This document shows, in pieces, positions 30,034 to 41,348 of a stretch of DNA of 64,000 nucleotides. How positions within the stretch are numbered: position 1 is the stretch's first letter; each line of letters opens with the position of its first letter. Below the pieces are notes generated by a model. The model was not told the origin of the DNA, ran no database searches, and was given only the letters and a program-made list of their open reading frames with translations. This DNA comes from Pelagomonas calceolata (Eukaryota): positions 3,410,001 through 3,474,000 of the forward strand of contig CAKKNE010000002.1 of NCBI GenBank assembly GCA_918797485.1, in the 5' to 3' direction. Made by a program: the position numbers and the translations under genes.

Positions 30034-31579
30034 TCACTCGGAGTCCGAGCCGTCGTGGTCGCTGTCGTGGTAGCGGTTCGTGCGGTGGCCGAGCGTGCCC
30101 ATGATGCCGTTCACGGCGGCGCCGGCCGAGCGCGCGACGAACGCGCGGAACCGGCTCGCCCGGACCTGCGCGATCGCCGCGAGGGCGGCCGGCGACGGCT
30201 GCGGCGGCGCGGCGGCGACGTCGCCGTGGCCGAGGAAGGAGACGACGTGCTCCGCGACGACGTGCCAGGGCACGCGCGCGACCGGCAGGCGCTGGCGGCC
30301 GGCCGCGCGCCGGAGCGTCGCCAGGGCGACGTGGAACTCCGCGCCGAAGAGGTGCGGCGCGTCGCGCCAACGCGGGCCGACGAGGCGGACGGCCGGCCGC
30401 GGCGCGGGCGCGGGCGCGGGCGCCGCCGCGTCGCGCGTCACGTCGTCGGCCGCGTCGGCCGCGGCCGCCTCCTCCTCGTCCTCGTCCTCCTCCTCCGAGT
30501 CCGAGTCCGCGTACGCGTACGCGTACTCGCCGTCGTCGTCGCCGTCGTCGTCGCCGTCGTCGTCGCCGGCGGGGCGGACGAGGTTCGAGAACTGCACGGG
30601 CAGGAGGTCGTCGAGTTCGAACTCGTCGAAGCCCTCGAGCGCGTGCAGGCGCGTCACGCGCAGCAGGGCCTGGGGCAGGCCCCAGGGCGGCCGCGGCTCG
30701 AAGTCGTCCTCGAAGGGCCCCACGAGGCGGCCGTCGGGCTTGAAGAGGCGCCCGAAGCGGCGCGCGTCGCCGTGGCGCGCGCCGGCGCCCACGTAGATGC
30801 GGTCGAACTTCATCGACAGGTCCAGGTCCACGTCGAAGGCCGAGGCGCAGACGACCTGCACGTCCCGCAGCGCCGGCACGGGCCCGCGGCCCAGCGCCGC
30901 GAGCGTCGCGCGCGACCGCGCGGCCAGCGCCGCGTCGAGCTCGACGCAGACGTGGACGCAGCCCTCGCCCAGCAGCGCCGCGGCCAGCGCCGAGAGGTAG
31001 CCGCTGCCCGACCCGAGGTTCAGGAAGCTCAGCTGCCGGCGCCAGCGCGAGACCTCGTCGAGGCCCAGCGCCTCGAGGGCCGCCGCGTAGATCGACGGCG
31101 CCGAGAGGTGCACCACGCAGCCGCTCGCGGCCTCCGCCGCGCGGAGCGGCGCGTCGTCGAAGGCGCGGTCGTCGTGGCCGGCGGGCGCGAACGCGGCGCG
31201 GTCGACCTGTGTGGAAATCAACCGGTGCGTCGGGGGCACCCGATAATTCTTCGCTACGTCATGCCAAAGCGATGAAAGGGCGTGCTGACCGAATCGAGTG
31301 GTGAGCGACCCGCACCGCCACGCCGTCGAGCGGGCGTCGCGTCGCCGGCGAGGCCGACGCGACGATTCAGCACGAACGCGCCGTAAAATTTTGATTTCCA
31401 CGCAGCGGTCGGACGCGCGCGAAGGCGGCCGCGACCGCCGGCGTGCTGACGGCCCCACGCGCGACGAGGCGCCGCGCCATGGCCTGGGCCCGCGCCGCCG
31501 GGTTCGCCCCGAGGCGCTCGCGGTCGATCGCGCGCAGCGCCGCCGCCTCGTCGGCCTCGCGCGCGGCGTCTTGGTCCAT
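30034..31579 (-). CDS. Protein-L-isoaspartate O-methyltransferase-like (PCMTD-type); exons 31579-31415 and 31206-30034
   Basis: Splicing 31414..31207 joins AAFAR|VDRAAF in frame (55+391 codons); HLSAPSIYAAALEAL, FLNLGSGSGY, FDRIYVGA, GRLVGP. Confidence 0.87.
31207..31405. mobile_element. Introner element IE-1 (non-autonomous DNA transposon forming intron 31414..31207)
   Basis: 15-bp TIR ctgtgtggaaatcaa / ttgatttccacgcag (1 mismatch); TSD cggtcgac (31199-31206) vs cggtcggac (31406-31414). Confidence 0.93.
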
Positions 31580-33601
31580 GGGTTGAGCTGGTTTTTTGAG
31601 ACTCGCGAGCTGCCGGTGGGCCTCTGCGTGGATTTTGGGGGGGTCGTTGGGGCCCAGGCGTGTCCACGCACCTACTATTCTGGCACCCGGACCGGCTTAA
31701 CGACGGCCGTTAAGGACGTAAAAAACACCTCAACTCAGCCTTACGCGGTCTAACTTATCACCGAGGCGGATCCGCTGCGAGAACCCAAACCAAGGTGCGG
31801 AGAGCACCGATATATTGGCTCTCGAAGGGGGACTCTAGAGTGGGTTGCGGATTTCAGTCGGAAACCTGAAACTTCCGGACTTCCAAAGCCGGAAACCTGA
31901 AACCTCCGGCGAGAATCGGGCCGCAACCACCCGCGCACCATCTTTTTTTCTAGTGTGTCGATACGCTAGATCACCAGGTCTTGCGGCTCGCCAAAGTACA
32001 CCAGCGTTTGACGCCGCCATCTACTACCCAAATAGTACATCATATCAACTCCAGTCCAGTTTTTATACATGTCCGACGGAACCGGAGCCGACGGCCCGCG
32101 CTCGGAGGGCCGGAAAAGAATTCTACTAGACAACTCCCGAGTTTATGTTCGTTTCCTTCTATTTGTTAGGGGTAGAGTCCATCTAGGCCAATAGAGCACC
32201 TAACTAGCATGATCATATGCTCCATTTTCTCCGCGCGATTCGGCAACTCCGCGAGCCCACGATGGCGTAAAGGGGGAGCCAAAACCTGAACCCGCGAGTA
32301 TCAGCGACGCCACCACCCAGATGGACCATAAAGCCGTTGTTCTATTCACAATCGACCGACTTGCCCGTTCTCCGTGGACGACGGTGCGTTGACGGAGCAC
32401 CAGAAAGGCCCCAGACCGGTGTTTTATAAAATAAATTCGCGTTTCCGCCGCTTCGGGTGTGGGACGGGCCTGCGCGCACGGCTGAACGGCTACTACATTT
32501 CATTAACGGTTCCGTACACTCTTGGCGGCTCGGCCATCTCGCGAGACCACGATCTCGTCTAAATGGGGCGCAATACCAGACCTGCGACCATCAGCCCGTG
32601 TACCATCACCATGGACCTTGACGCGATCATTTGTTCCATGATCGACGGACTTACGCGAGGTCCAGATAAAGATGTTCACGTCCCGAGCGTGGGCAGCCAA
32701 AAGTACCCTTCTCGTAATGTAGATGGCATATACTCGTAATTGACTATCGTTGGGGTAGTATAGGGTCCAACGAGACCGCTACGGCGACTACTGGGGGCCC
32801 TCAGGTAATTGGCGTTTTTGCCGGGAACGAGGTGCCATCGGGTCCAAATTGCACACTTTTTTCGGGGGTAGATCGGCTCCTGGAGGGCTCTCGGGGTAGG
32901 TCTGGTGTTGGGTAAGCGCCTGCACCGCTTACGCCATCGATGCAGCAGCCTAGAGGTCTCGGAACCCAGACCTGCCCTCCTTCCTTATGACCTACGCAAC
33001 CGCAGGAACCTAGCCCGGGGCGGGTACTCCTCGAGTCCAGTGCTTGACTTGCAAGGGCAAGCCCGGCGCCGGCACTCCTTTCCCTAAACTTGCTAAAGCT
33101 CCTTTGTCTGCTGAGAGAATTGGCCAAAATATGCTTGAAGCGGCGGCGTGTGCGGTGTAGGCGCTTGCGCGCGACCACTGCCGACCCAAAGCGACCCCAG
33201 GGAGACCTCCGCGCCACGAACCGACAGGATTCCACTGGCGCGGCCGCCATGGCGGGACCGTCAATATCGCGAATTAAAAAAATTATTTTTTTCGCCTCCC
33301 AGTAAGTGTCCCATTGATCTCTTTGGACCAGTATCGAACCGAACGATACTCAAACGACTGCATGGCGCATCTCGGAGTTCCTCGCGGAATCCGCGCCTAC
33401 CGGGCGCGGACGGGAGCTGGGGCCCGCAACCTGAAACCTCGGGCGCCCGTTTCCGTGAACCGGAAACCTGAAACCTCCCACAACTCGGAGGCGGAAACCT
33501 GCAACCTGCAACCCACGTCCCCCCCCTTCTCTCGTTAGGGACTGACGCGGAGGTGAGGGCTCCTGGCGGAGGGCTACGACGGAGGAGTCCACACACTACA
33601 C

Positions 33602-33994
33602 TTACGCCACAAGCCGCACGTGGGCCGAGCAGCCGTCGCACGGCACGAGGTCGCCGTCGGCGCAGGGCTCGTCGTCGAAAATTTCAAAGGCGCCGCCGCA
33701 GCGGCACGGGTAGCTCCGCGCGCCGGCGCCGCCCGCCGCGAAGGCGCGCAGGGGCACGTCCATCCACACGACCGCGCGCGCCGCGGGCGCCCGCGCCGCG
33801 TCGTGCGCCGCGCGCGCCTCCGGCGACCCGAGCGCGGCCCAGGCCGCCTGGAGCCGCGCGAACGCCGCCGCCGCCGACGGGTCCTTGTCGGGGTGCAGCC
33901 GGAGGGCCAGCCGCCGGTACGCGCGGCGCAGCGCCGCCGCGTCGGCGTCGGGCGCCAGGCCGAGAACAGCGTAGGGATCGTCCCCGGCGTCCAT
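33602..33994 (-). CDS. DPH4: J-domain plus CSL zinc finger protein (diphthamide biosynthesis Dph4/DNAJC24)
   Basis: DPYAVLG, HPDK, YPCRCG, VPCDGCS. Confidence 0.88.
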   Translation of the reverse strand: MDAGDDPYAVLGLAPDADAAALRRAYRRLALRLHPDKDPSAAAAFARLQAAWAALGSPEARAAHDAARAPAARAVVWMDVPLRAFAAGGAGARSYPCRCGGAFEIFDDEPCADGDLVPCDGCSAHVRLVA

Positions 33995-34209
33995 TACCCT
34001 GACCCGCGACGCGGGCTTAATTCGCAGGACTGCGCCGCACGTGCGTCGATACGTCGGCAGTACAAGACAGCTCTCCTGTAAGTTGACCAGTCCGCCGTCC
34101 GCCGGCCGGGTATTCCGTTGCGCGATTTAGTTCGGCATCGCTTCTCGCCAGTCGCTTTAGACAGCTGTCCATCCAAGCATAGAGGACGTGGTCGAGGAGC
34201 AGCCCGGAG

Positions 34210-34402
34210 CTAGCGGTCTGAGATACTAGCAAGCCGGACGGGGAGCGGAGGGGTACGGGGAACCCTGCGACGTAACTAGCCTCAGCCTCAGCCTCGGACG
34301 GGTGGGCCCGGGGGGAGCGGGAGGGGTACGGGGGACCCTACGACGTAACTAGCCTGAGCCTGAGCCATTTCGAGACTCGTACGCAAGACGCGGCCGGCGC
34401 GC
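34210..34402 (+). repeat. Dispersed repeat F with internal tandem duplication; related copy ~38302-38392
   Basis: gtacgggg..ccc.[g/a]cgacgtaactagc..gagc occurs twice here and once at ~38327-38365; both loci start with the CTAGCG motif and continue with aagacgcggc. Confidence 0.8.
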
Positions 34403-35775
34403 CGCAAGTAAGGACGAGGACATCGCACGGCTCGTCATCGATAAGACAAGATAAGTGCTAGTCCCAACTTATCCTACTTCCATCGCGGGTCCGCCCGACG
34501 CGGACTACCTCTGCAGTGGCAGCCCTCGATGCGCCATGACCTTTTCAGGACGGCGCGGCCCGCGTCGAGCAGCGCGAGCCGCATGATGATCATGATCTGC
34601 CTGACGCCGTGTCGCCGCCGGTCGAGCCGAGAGCCGCCTATCGATGGCCGCATCTAAATCATAAATCCGAAGCGCTCGCACGTCGCGTTGCCCTTCCGTG
34701 GAGATCAGATTCAGATCAGATCACCCGGGTCTCTGGCAAGAACGTATGCCCGGCCTTGCCGAAGAGCCCCGACGCGCTCGCACCGGTCACCGTAGAGGTG
34801 GTTCGCCCACAATGAAGCGTGCAGCAGAGCGTAGCTCTGGACAGGCTAGTATCAGATGATACACGCCAACTACCGACCAACACTCAACCTCGACCACTTT
34901 TCGACGGCCACGTGATCACCCGGTTATCAGGTAAATTACTTCACCCAAGAGGACGCGTAGTCCAGCGGCGTGAATCACGGACGGACATACTAAGGGATCG
35001 TGGGTCGTGTGGCGGCGCCGCCGTGTCGTCCTTGCATGCGGCGACGTAGTGCGTAGCCGCTCGTCGTCGAGCCGTCACAGTTCTCGTGACACCCTTACAC
35101 GTAGATGAGCCGGCGCCCGCAGCTCTTGTTGGCGTCGATTTTTTTTTTTTTTTCCTTTGCGGCCGCACTCGTGCGGCCTGCAGCGCTATCACGGCGCCGT
35201 GTCTTTTTTTCTTTTGGCCCATGGCGAACTGGTACGCTATAGCTGAAACGCAGCGCGGTGCGTCAGCGGCTTCGCAGAGCGATGACGTCCGAGCGATGGT
35301 GTGTGACACAGCGCTCCAAATACACGAGTGGTGATTAGCGCGGCGGCGGGAGGCGGCAGCAGGTTTCCTGAACGTGGCTTGGAAGCGGGCCGCCTTGCTA
35401 CGCATCGCTGCAATCAAGCAACGCGAGGAGACGCCTAAAACCTCGTCACGTGAAAACCAACCCGAACCAAATCAGGATCGACGGCAAGAGCCGAAGCAGA
35501 CGAGGCAATACGTGAGCTCCTGTGTCCAAATTATCCGTGCGGGCAGTTATTTGGCAACATCTGCAGCGGTGGAACGGCCGGCGCTGCTCGAAATCGCCAG
35601 TTCGACGCGGCTTTGGCTTGTTTTGTGATTTGGAGCTCCGTCTGACGGGAGGCGCGGTCGACGACCGGCCGGCTGGCGCTGCCTCGTGCCGCCGCCCTCG
35701 CGCGCGGGGGGAGGAGGAGAGCAGCAGCCGCCGGGGGCGCGCGAGAGAAAACGGGGACGCCGCGCGCAGGTCGAG

Positions 35776-36375
35776 ATGGCCCGGAGTCTGGCCCTGTGCC
35801 TCGCGGGCGCGGCGGCGCTGCAGGCGCCCGCGCCGCGGCCGGCGCGGACCGCGCTCGGCTCGACGGAGATCGGCGTCGGCCCGGAGACGGGCGGCGTCAT
35901 GTGGGACCCCGCGGGCTTCGGCAAGCTCGCGTCGCCGACGACCATGAAGTGGTTCCGCGCGTCCGAGCTCAAGCACGGCCGCGTGGCCATGCTCGCGACG
36001 CTGGGCTGGGCCGTGCAGTCGAACGGCGGCGGCGTCATCCCCTTCCCGCTCGAGTCGGGCCTCGCGCCGCTGTCGACCAAGCCCCTCGAGGCGAACGCCC
36101 AGCTCTGGGGCATGGCGAGCGGCATGGGCTTCCTGCAGATCATCCTGACGTGCGGCGTCATCGAGCTCGTCACGGAGTCGACGGGCACGCACTACATGTC
36201 GGCCGGCGGCAACGGCTACATCGACATCTTCGGCTACTCCAAGTCCGGCGAGGACCTCACGGAGCTGCAGACGCAGGAGCTCAAGAACGGCCGGCTCGCG
36301 ATGATCGGGATCGCGTCCTTCTTCTCCGCGTGCCTCGTCCCCGACAGCGTGCCCGGCTACCCGTGGCCCGTGTAG
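35776..36375 (+). CDS. Light-harvesting chlorophyll a/c-binding (fucoxanthin-type) protein
   Basis: Signal peptide; WDPAGF, RASELKHGRVAMLA, ELKNGRLAMIG. Confidence 0.96.
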   Translation: MARSLALCLAGAAALQAPAPRPARTALGSTEIGVGPETGGVMWDPAGFGKLASPTTMKWFRASELKHGRVAMLATLGWAVQSNGGGVIPFPLESGLAPLSTKPLEANAQLWGMASGMGFLQIILTCGVIELVTESTGTHYMSAGGNGYIDIFGYSKSGEDLTELQTQELKNGRLAMIGIASFFSACLVPDSVPGYPWPV

Positions 36376-36453
36376 GGGCCTAAGCCGGCGCCGGAGGGTA
36401 TCTCCCCGTGTTTCCGCGGGCTGCGCGCGCGAGGAGGCGTCGCCGGCTTAGGC

Positions 36454-37494
36454 CTAGTCCCCCTTCTCGCGCTTCGCCTGGTACCGCGCGAGCGCGTCGC
36501 GCCGCCGGGATCGCGGGAAGAGGACCTCGTGCGCGTTGCGGAGGGCGCCGAGGTCGTAGACGTTCGCGGCCGGCGCCGCGCCGCCCCGGGCCCGCCGGCG
36601 CCACTTGTAGTGCTCGTTCGTCGTGCGGCCGCGCCAGACCAGCCGGAGGTGGTAGCCGAGGAAGCCCGCGACGACGGCGCCGAGGACCGCGCACGCCAGG
36701 AGCAGCGCGCACAGCAGGCGCTCCGTGTGGAGCAGGTAGTGGACGACGACGCCGCGCGTCGCGGCGACGGGCGCGTCGCCGAGGTAGAACGTCGCGCGCA
36801 TCAGCTGCTTCGCGTCGACGACGTCCCGCAGGAGCAGGGCGGCGCAGGCCGCGCCGTAGGCCAGGAGCAGCGCGTGGCTCGCGAGGAACAGCAGGAACCA
36901 CCGGTAGTTCTCCTCGCCCACCGCGTTGTTCACCCAGGGGCAGAAGTGGTCGAAGCGCGCGACGACGCGCCGCGTCGTGCGGCAGAACTTGGCGCGCGCC
37001 GGCTTGGGGACGCCGGTCGTCGGGCACGTCCCGCCCGCCTCGTAGAGGCAGCCGTCGTACGCGTAGTTGTCGTGCTTCGCGAACGTCGCGGCGTCGACGA
37101 CGTAGCCCGGCGGCGCGGTGCACGCCTTGGCCCAGGTCCCCAGGCAGAACAGCACGAGCGCCAGCGCGGCCGGCCGGTGGTGCGGCCCGAGCGCGGCGCA
37201 GGGCACGCGCGGGTACATGTCGGCGACCGCGAGGCCGTAGCCGCCGCCGACCAGGAGCAGGTACAGGAGCTGCAGCACGGGGTTCGGCTCGTCGCACAGG
37301 TACGCGGCGCAGCGCGCGCCCCGGCGCGCGCCGACGCAGGCCCGCAGGAGCCGCTCCGGCGCGTCGAAGAGCCAGTTCGCGATCTCCGCGAGGCGCCCGT
37401 CGCCCTCCGGCTCGACGCATGCCACGAGGAACAGCGCCGCGGCCGCTGAGCCATAGCTCGCGAGCAGGCCGGCCTGCAGGAGCGCGAGCCACAT
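36454..37494 (-). CDS. DHHC palmitoyltransferase (Swf1/ZDHHC4-like, DHFC variant)
   Basis: KPARAKFC..VARFDHFCPWVNNAVGEENYRWF, TTNE, NVYDLG, several TM helices. Confidence 0.9.
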   Translation of the reverse strand: MWLALLQAGLLASYGSAAAALFLVACVEPEGDGRLAEIANWLFDAPERLLRACVGARRGARCAAYLCDEPNPVLQLLYLLLVGGGYGLAVADMYPRVPCAALGPHHRPAALALVLFCLGTWAKACTAPPGYVVDAATFAKHDNYAYDGCLYEAGGTCPTTGVPKPARAKFCRTTRRVVARFDHFCPWVNNAVGEENYRWFLLFLASHALLLAYGAACAALLLRDVVDAKQLMRATFYLGDAPVAATRGVVVHYLLHTERLLCALLLACAVLGAVVAGFLGYHLRLVWRGRTTNEHYKWRRRARGGAAPAANVYDLGALRNAHEVLFPRSRRRDALARYQAKREKGD

Positions 37495-37924
37495 GCGCTG
37501 CGGTTTTATGGCAGGAGTGGCAAGTTGTTGCGAGTAACTATCCACTCATGCGCTTCTGATGTGCTTGCTTGCGAGTGCTTACAGGCCGCTCTCCACACTC
37601 TCGCTGCCGTGATCGGCGCCGGCATCGCGTACGCCTGCCTCAAGGAGTGAGCGGCCGTTCTCCCACTGGCAAGTCCCGACGCGACTTGGCGATTTCCCCC
37701 TCCCACAAGTCTATCCGCCTGGATAAGATACACTACTTATTAAAGCGACCGTTTCCCCAGAGCGATCGTTTGCCTGAGCAGGGCGCTCATCTCCTTTTTG
37801 TAAGAAACCGTCAATGCAAACATGAGCGACGACTTGCTCCCGGGCGGCCAAATAAGATCCCTCAGGAACCATGCGGAAAGTGCCTGTCCTAACTGAGCGA
37901 TTTTTTGCTTTTTCCTCAAAATTT

Positions 37925-38067
37925 TATCTCCAATACCGTATAAGACTCTGACGCGTTCGAGCCATGTACACGCGGCGGACGCCGTCGATTTTGCCGTGGT
38001 ACCAGCGCTCTTCCCCGGGCCAAAACAGCTTGACGCGCGATCCGACGCGCTCGTCGACTGGTGCGGG
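37925..38067 (-). pseudogene. Isolated Tudor-domain-like coding fragment
   Basis: Translates PAPVDERVGSRVKLFWPGEERWYHGKIDGV; no upstream in-frame ATG before the stop at ~38137. Confidence 0.45.
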
Positions 38068-38682
38068 TAGTAGGTACGCTACGGTATGTGTCGCCACGCT
38101 AGCTCTGTATAAGCACAGAGCGTGATACTCCCTTCGTCAAGGTTAGAGTTACACTACGGCCCTCACCGATAGAGGTTGAATGGTTTCTGAACGCTGCGCA
38201 ACCTCGCGTGCGCTCCTCGGCTGCCGCACAGAGCAAGCTCTCTTAGCAAGGCTGTGATCGGCGGCGAGACCCGCGGCCAGCACTTGCGCAATATAAGAGG
38301 CCTAGCGACGTGTAAGACACTAGGAAGTACGGGGGAACCCCGCGACGTAACTAGCTGAGCCTGAGTATGAAAGACGCGGCACGCGCCCGCCGCGTCGGCG
38401 ACGCCCCCGGGGTGTCTGCCCCCCAGGGGCTCCACCCACTAGGCCTAGCACCGTAACAAAAAACTCTTGAGGGGCGCCCGGCAAGTCTTCATTCGCAACC
38501 GCTAGTAGTGGGCGAGGGGGGGGTGTGCACACACTAGTAGTAACTGGCCATGCTGCCCTATGGCTCCTGGGGGCCCGGCCCCCGGCGCCGCGTCCGACTC
38601 AGCATGACAGCATCGAACGCGCCGAACTCCGAGTCGTTCCCCAATCTTGAAGCCCGCATTGTTTAGTATTGGGGGGGGGGCG

Positions 38683-39996
38683 TCACGCGACCGCCAGCGG
38701 CGCGGCGCCCTCTAGGAAGACACACTCGGCGCCGCCGGCGCCGAAGCCGCCGTCGCGCGAAAGGTAGTACGGCGACGGCGGCGGCGGCGCGGCCGCGGGC
38801 GGCGGCGGCGGCAGCCCCGCGTCGTGCGACGTGCGCGCGTCAGTCGGCGCCGCGAGGAAGACGGCGCCGTCGCAGAACGCGGCGACGCGGTGGGCGTGCA
38901 CGGGCGCGCGGGCGAACTCGAGGTCGCGCGTCGCGGCCGGCGGCGGCGGGTACGCCGCCCACCCGGGGCGCGGGCGCGCGACGCGGACCTCGTAGACGCC
39001 CGACGACGCGGCCGACGCGTCGTCGGCCGGCGCGCGCGACGCCTGCCGGCGCGCGCACGACGCGGCGCAGCGCGCGGCCTTCTCGGCGGCGGCGGCGGCG
39101 CGCTTGGCCGCGCAGACGGCCTCGTCGACGCGGCCGGAGGCCGCGGCGTCGGCCGACGGGTCCACAGGCGGCGCAACCGGGTCCAGGAGTGCGGCGGCGG
39201 GGGGGGGCGCGGCGGCCGACGGCGCGGCGGCCGCGGCCGGCCGCCGCGCGCGCTGGGCGGCGACGGGCGCGGCGGTCGCCGCGCCGACCGCCGGCGCGGC
39301 GCCGGCGCGGGCCGAGGCGGCGGGCCGCGGGGCGCGGCTCCGGGCGGCGCGTTTCGGCCCAGGCGCGAACGGTGCGGCGGCGGCGGCGGCGCGGGCAGCC
39401 GGCGGCGCCGCCGCGGCGTCTCCGTGGTAGCCGCCTCGCTAACGCCTCAGTGGCACGGCGTAGTAGGCGGCGTCGCCGCGCGCGGCGGAGGCCGCCGCCG
39501 CCCTTTCCGCCTTTTCCGCGCGGCGCGCGTCACGGCGCTTCGGCGGCAGCGCGCCGCCGCCGCGGTCCGCCGCGCCGCGCGCGCGCGCGTCGGCGGCGTT
39601 CTTGGCGTCCCTGGCTTCGTCGAGAACGGCGAGGTGCCGGTCCGCGTCCCAGCCGGCGACCGCGTCCGAGATCCGGCGCGCGTCGCCGCCGAGCTTGGCG
39701 CGGTGCGAGCGCGCGGCGGCCGCCAGGCCGAGGGGCGCCTCGAGCGCGAGGCGGTTGAGGCGCTCGTAGCCGTCGCACAGCTCGCGGAGCCGCGCCTCCA
39801 ACTCGGCGGCGCGCGCCGCCGCGCAATCACTCATGTCTCGGAGGTCCGGGCCCGCGGCGTCGACGGCCGGTGCGCCGTCCCCAGCCGGCGCGGGCGCCGC
39901 CGGCGCGGGCGCCGTGGCCGGCGGGGACCGCCCCTGGCGCGTGAGGCGCACTTTCGGCGTCTTGCGCGGGACCGCCGCCCGCGCGCGCTCGCCCAT
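38683..39996 (-). CDS. Hypothetical protein; one frame interrupted by a single TAG at 39441-39439
   Basis: ORFs 39996-39439 and 39165-38683 share a frame and no other stop was seen between them. Confidence 0.5.
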
Positions 39997-40227
39997 AGTT
40001 CGCGCGCTGGCAACGGCCGGTGCTCGCAGCTGCCCCTGATATCTCGGCGTATCCAGGCCGGGGGGCAGTCACTCGGCCAAAGGACGCGCGTGCTGTGTGC
40101 GGCGCGCGGCGTGCGGCGCGCCTTTTGCAAATCGTTGCAGCAGGCGAACGTTACAAACTTTTAAACCTTGGGACCCCCCCCACGTGGAACGCACCAGAAA
40201 GCAACAGGACTGCTCCGTGATAGCTGC

Positions 40228-40986
40228 CTACCTACGGCGCGCGACGGCGCACCCGGCCAGCATCGCTGCCAGCAGTACGAGGGCGGCGGCGCCGACGACG
40301 TCGCCCGGCCAGTCGTCCTGGACCGCGAGCTCGTCGTCTTCGTCCGCGGTGAGCTCCGAGGCGTCGTCGTCCTCCGCGGCCGGACGCACGTCGAGGTATA
40401 TATACTCGTCGCGGAACACGGTGCCGCAGTAGCGCGCCGGCGCGTCCGGGTCGCGCTCAGCCGCGAGGCCCGCAACGAGCCAGTCCGTGTCGTCGAACGC
40501 GCCTAGGCGCAGGCGCAGGTCCTGCGCCGCGGTGAAGGAGCCGTAGCGCCGGAGCACGTGAACCGTGCGCAATGCCTCGTCGGCGCGGACGACGACGTAC
40601 TCCGCGGGGAGGCGCGGGCGCAGCTCGTCGCGCTCCGCGGTGACAGCGAGGAGTCGCTCCCGCAGGACGTCGCGCTCCGCGGTGACCGCGAGGAGTCGCT
40701 CCCGCAGGGCGTCGCGCTCCGCGGCGAGCTCGGAGAGTGCCGGGGCCGGCTGCGTCGTCGTCGCGGGAGGCGCGACGACGACGACGTCGCCGTGGAGGTC
40801 GTCAGTGCCTAGGTCCGACCAGGAGGTGGTGTCCTCAGGAGAGGCGTTTGTTTCCTGGGCCTGGTGCTGTCCATGACCCGCCCCCGCTGTGACCGCCTGC
40901 GCCTCCGCGCCTTCCGTTGGGGCATCCCCTAAAATATGCGCCGCCGTGGGAGCCGCCTCGCTGCCGTCCAAGTTCATCTCGCTCAT
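40228..40986 (-). CDS. Hypothetical protein with 14-aa coiled-coil repeats and a C-terminal hydrophobic anchor
   Basis: AERDALRERLLAVT-AERDVLRERLLAVT-AERDELR (42-nt tandem units); ATG at 40986. Confidence 0.5.
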   Translation of the reverse strand: MSEMNLDGSEAAPTAAHILGDAPTEGAEAQAVTAGAGHGQHQAQETNASPEDTTSWSDLGTDDLHGDVVVVAPPATTTQPAPALSELAAERDALRERLLAVTAERDVLRERLLAVTAERDELRPRLPAEYVVVRADEALRTVHVLRRYGSFTAAQDLRLRLGAFDDTDWLVAGLAAERDPDAPARYCGTVFRDEYIYLDVRPAAEDDDASELTADEDDELAVQDDWPGDVVGAAALVLLAAMLAGCAVARRR

Positions 40987-41348
40987 GCTTTTGCGTGCGC
41001 CGCCTGTATGACCCTTTTTGCCTTTTGTGAAGGTCAAATTGCTTCACACGCCCGACCCGCCCAGACCCAGCCAGGGAGCGGTCTCTGGACGTGTGAAGCG
41101 AATCACAAGAACGAATCAGAATCCTTTTAGTAAAGGAACGGACCGTTGATGTAGCGTCCGCAGCGCACTTGGCGAGTGTGCCGCGGCAAAAAAAGGAGGC
41201 CAGAGCAGACCGCTGTGCGCATTGCCCGGCGCAGGACCCGCCCACAGCGGCCGGCGCACTGTACCTGCACCGCGACAGGTGGCCGCGGCTGCTTCCAGAG
41301 GTGGACCTGAGTAAGCGGAGAGCCTGAGCAAGCGATTTGCGCGGAGAG

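Noticed and set aside
30034..31671. 545-aa unspliced ORF reading through the introner; likewise 52697-53512 and 63223-63876
   Set aside because: The shared peptides (CVEIKILRRV, HWLISTQV) are translated transposon sequence; spliced models restore the conserved domains.
34450..35650. Possible autonomous transposase or retroelement in the larger gene-free gaps
   Set aside because: No DDE, reverse transcriptase or integrase motifs recognised in the frames provided.
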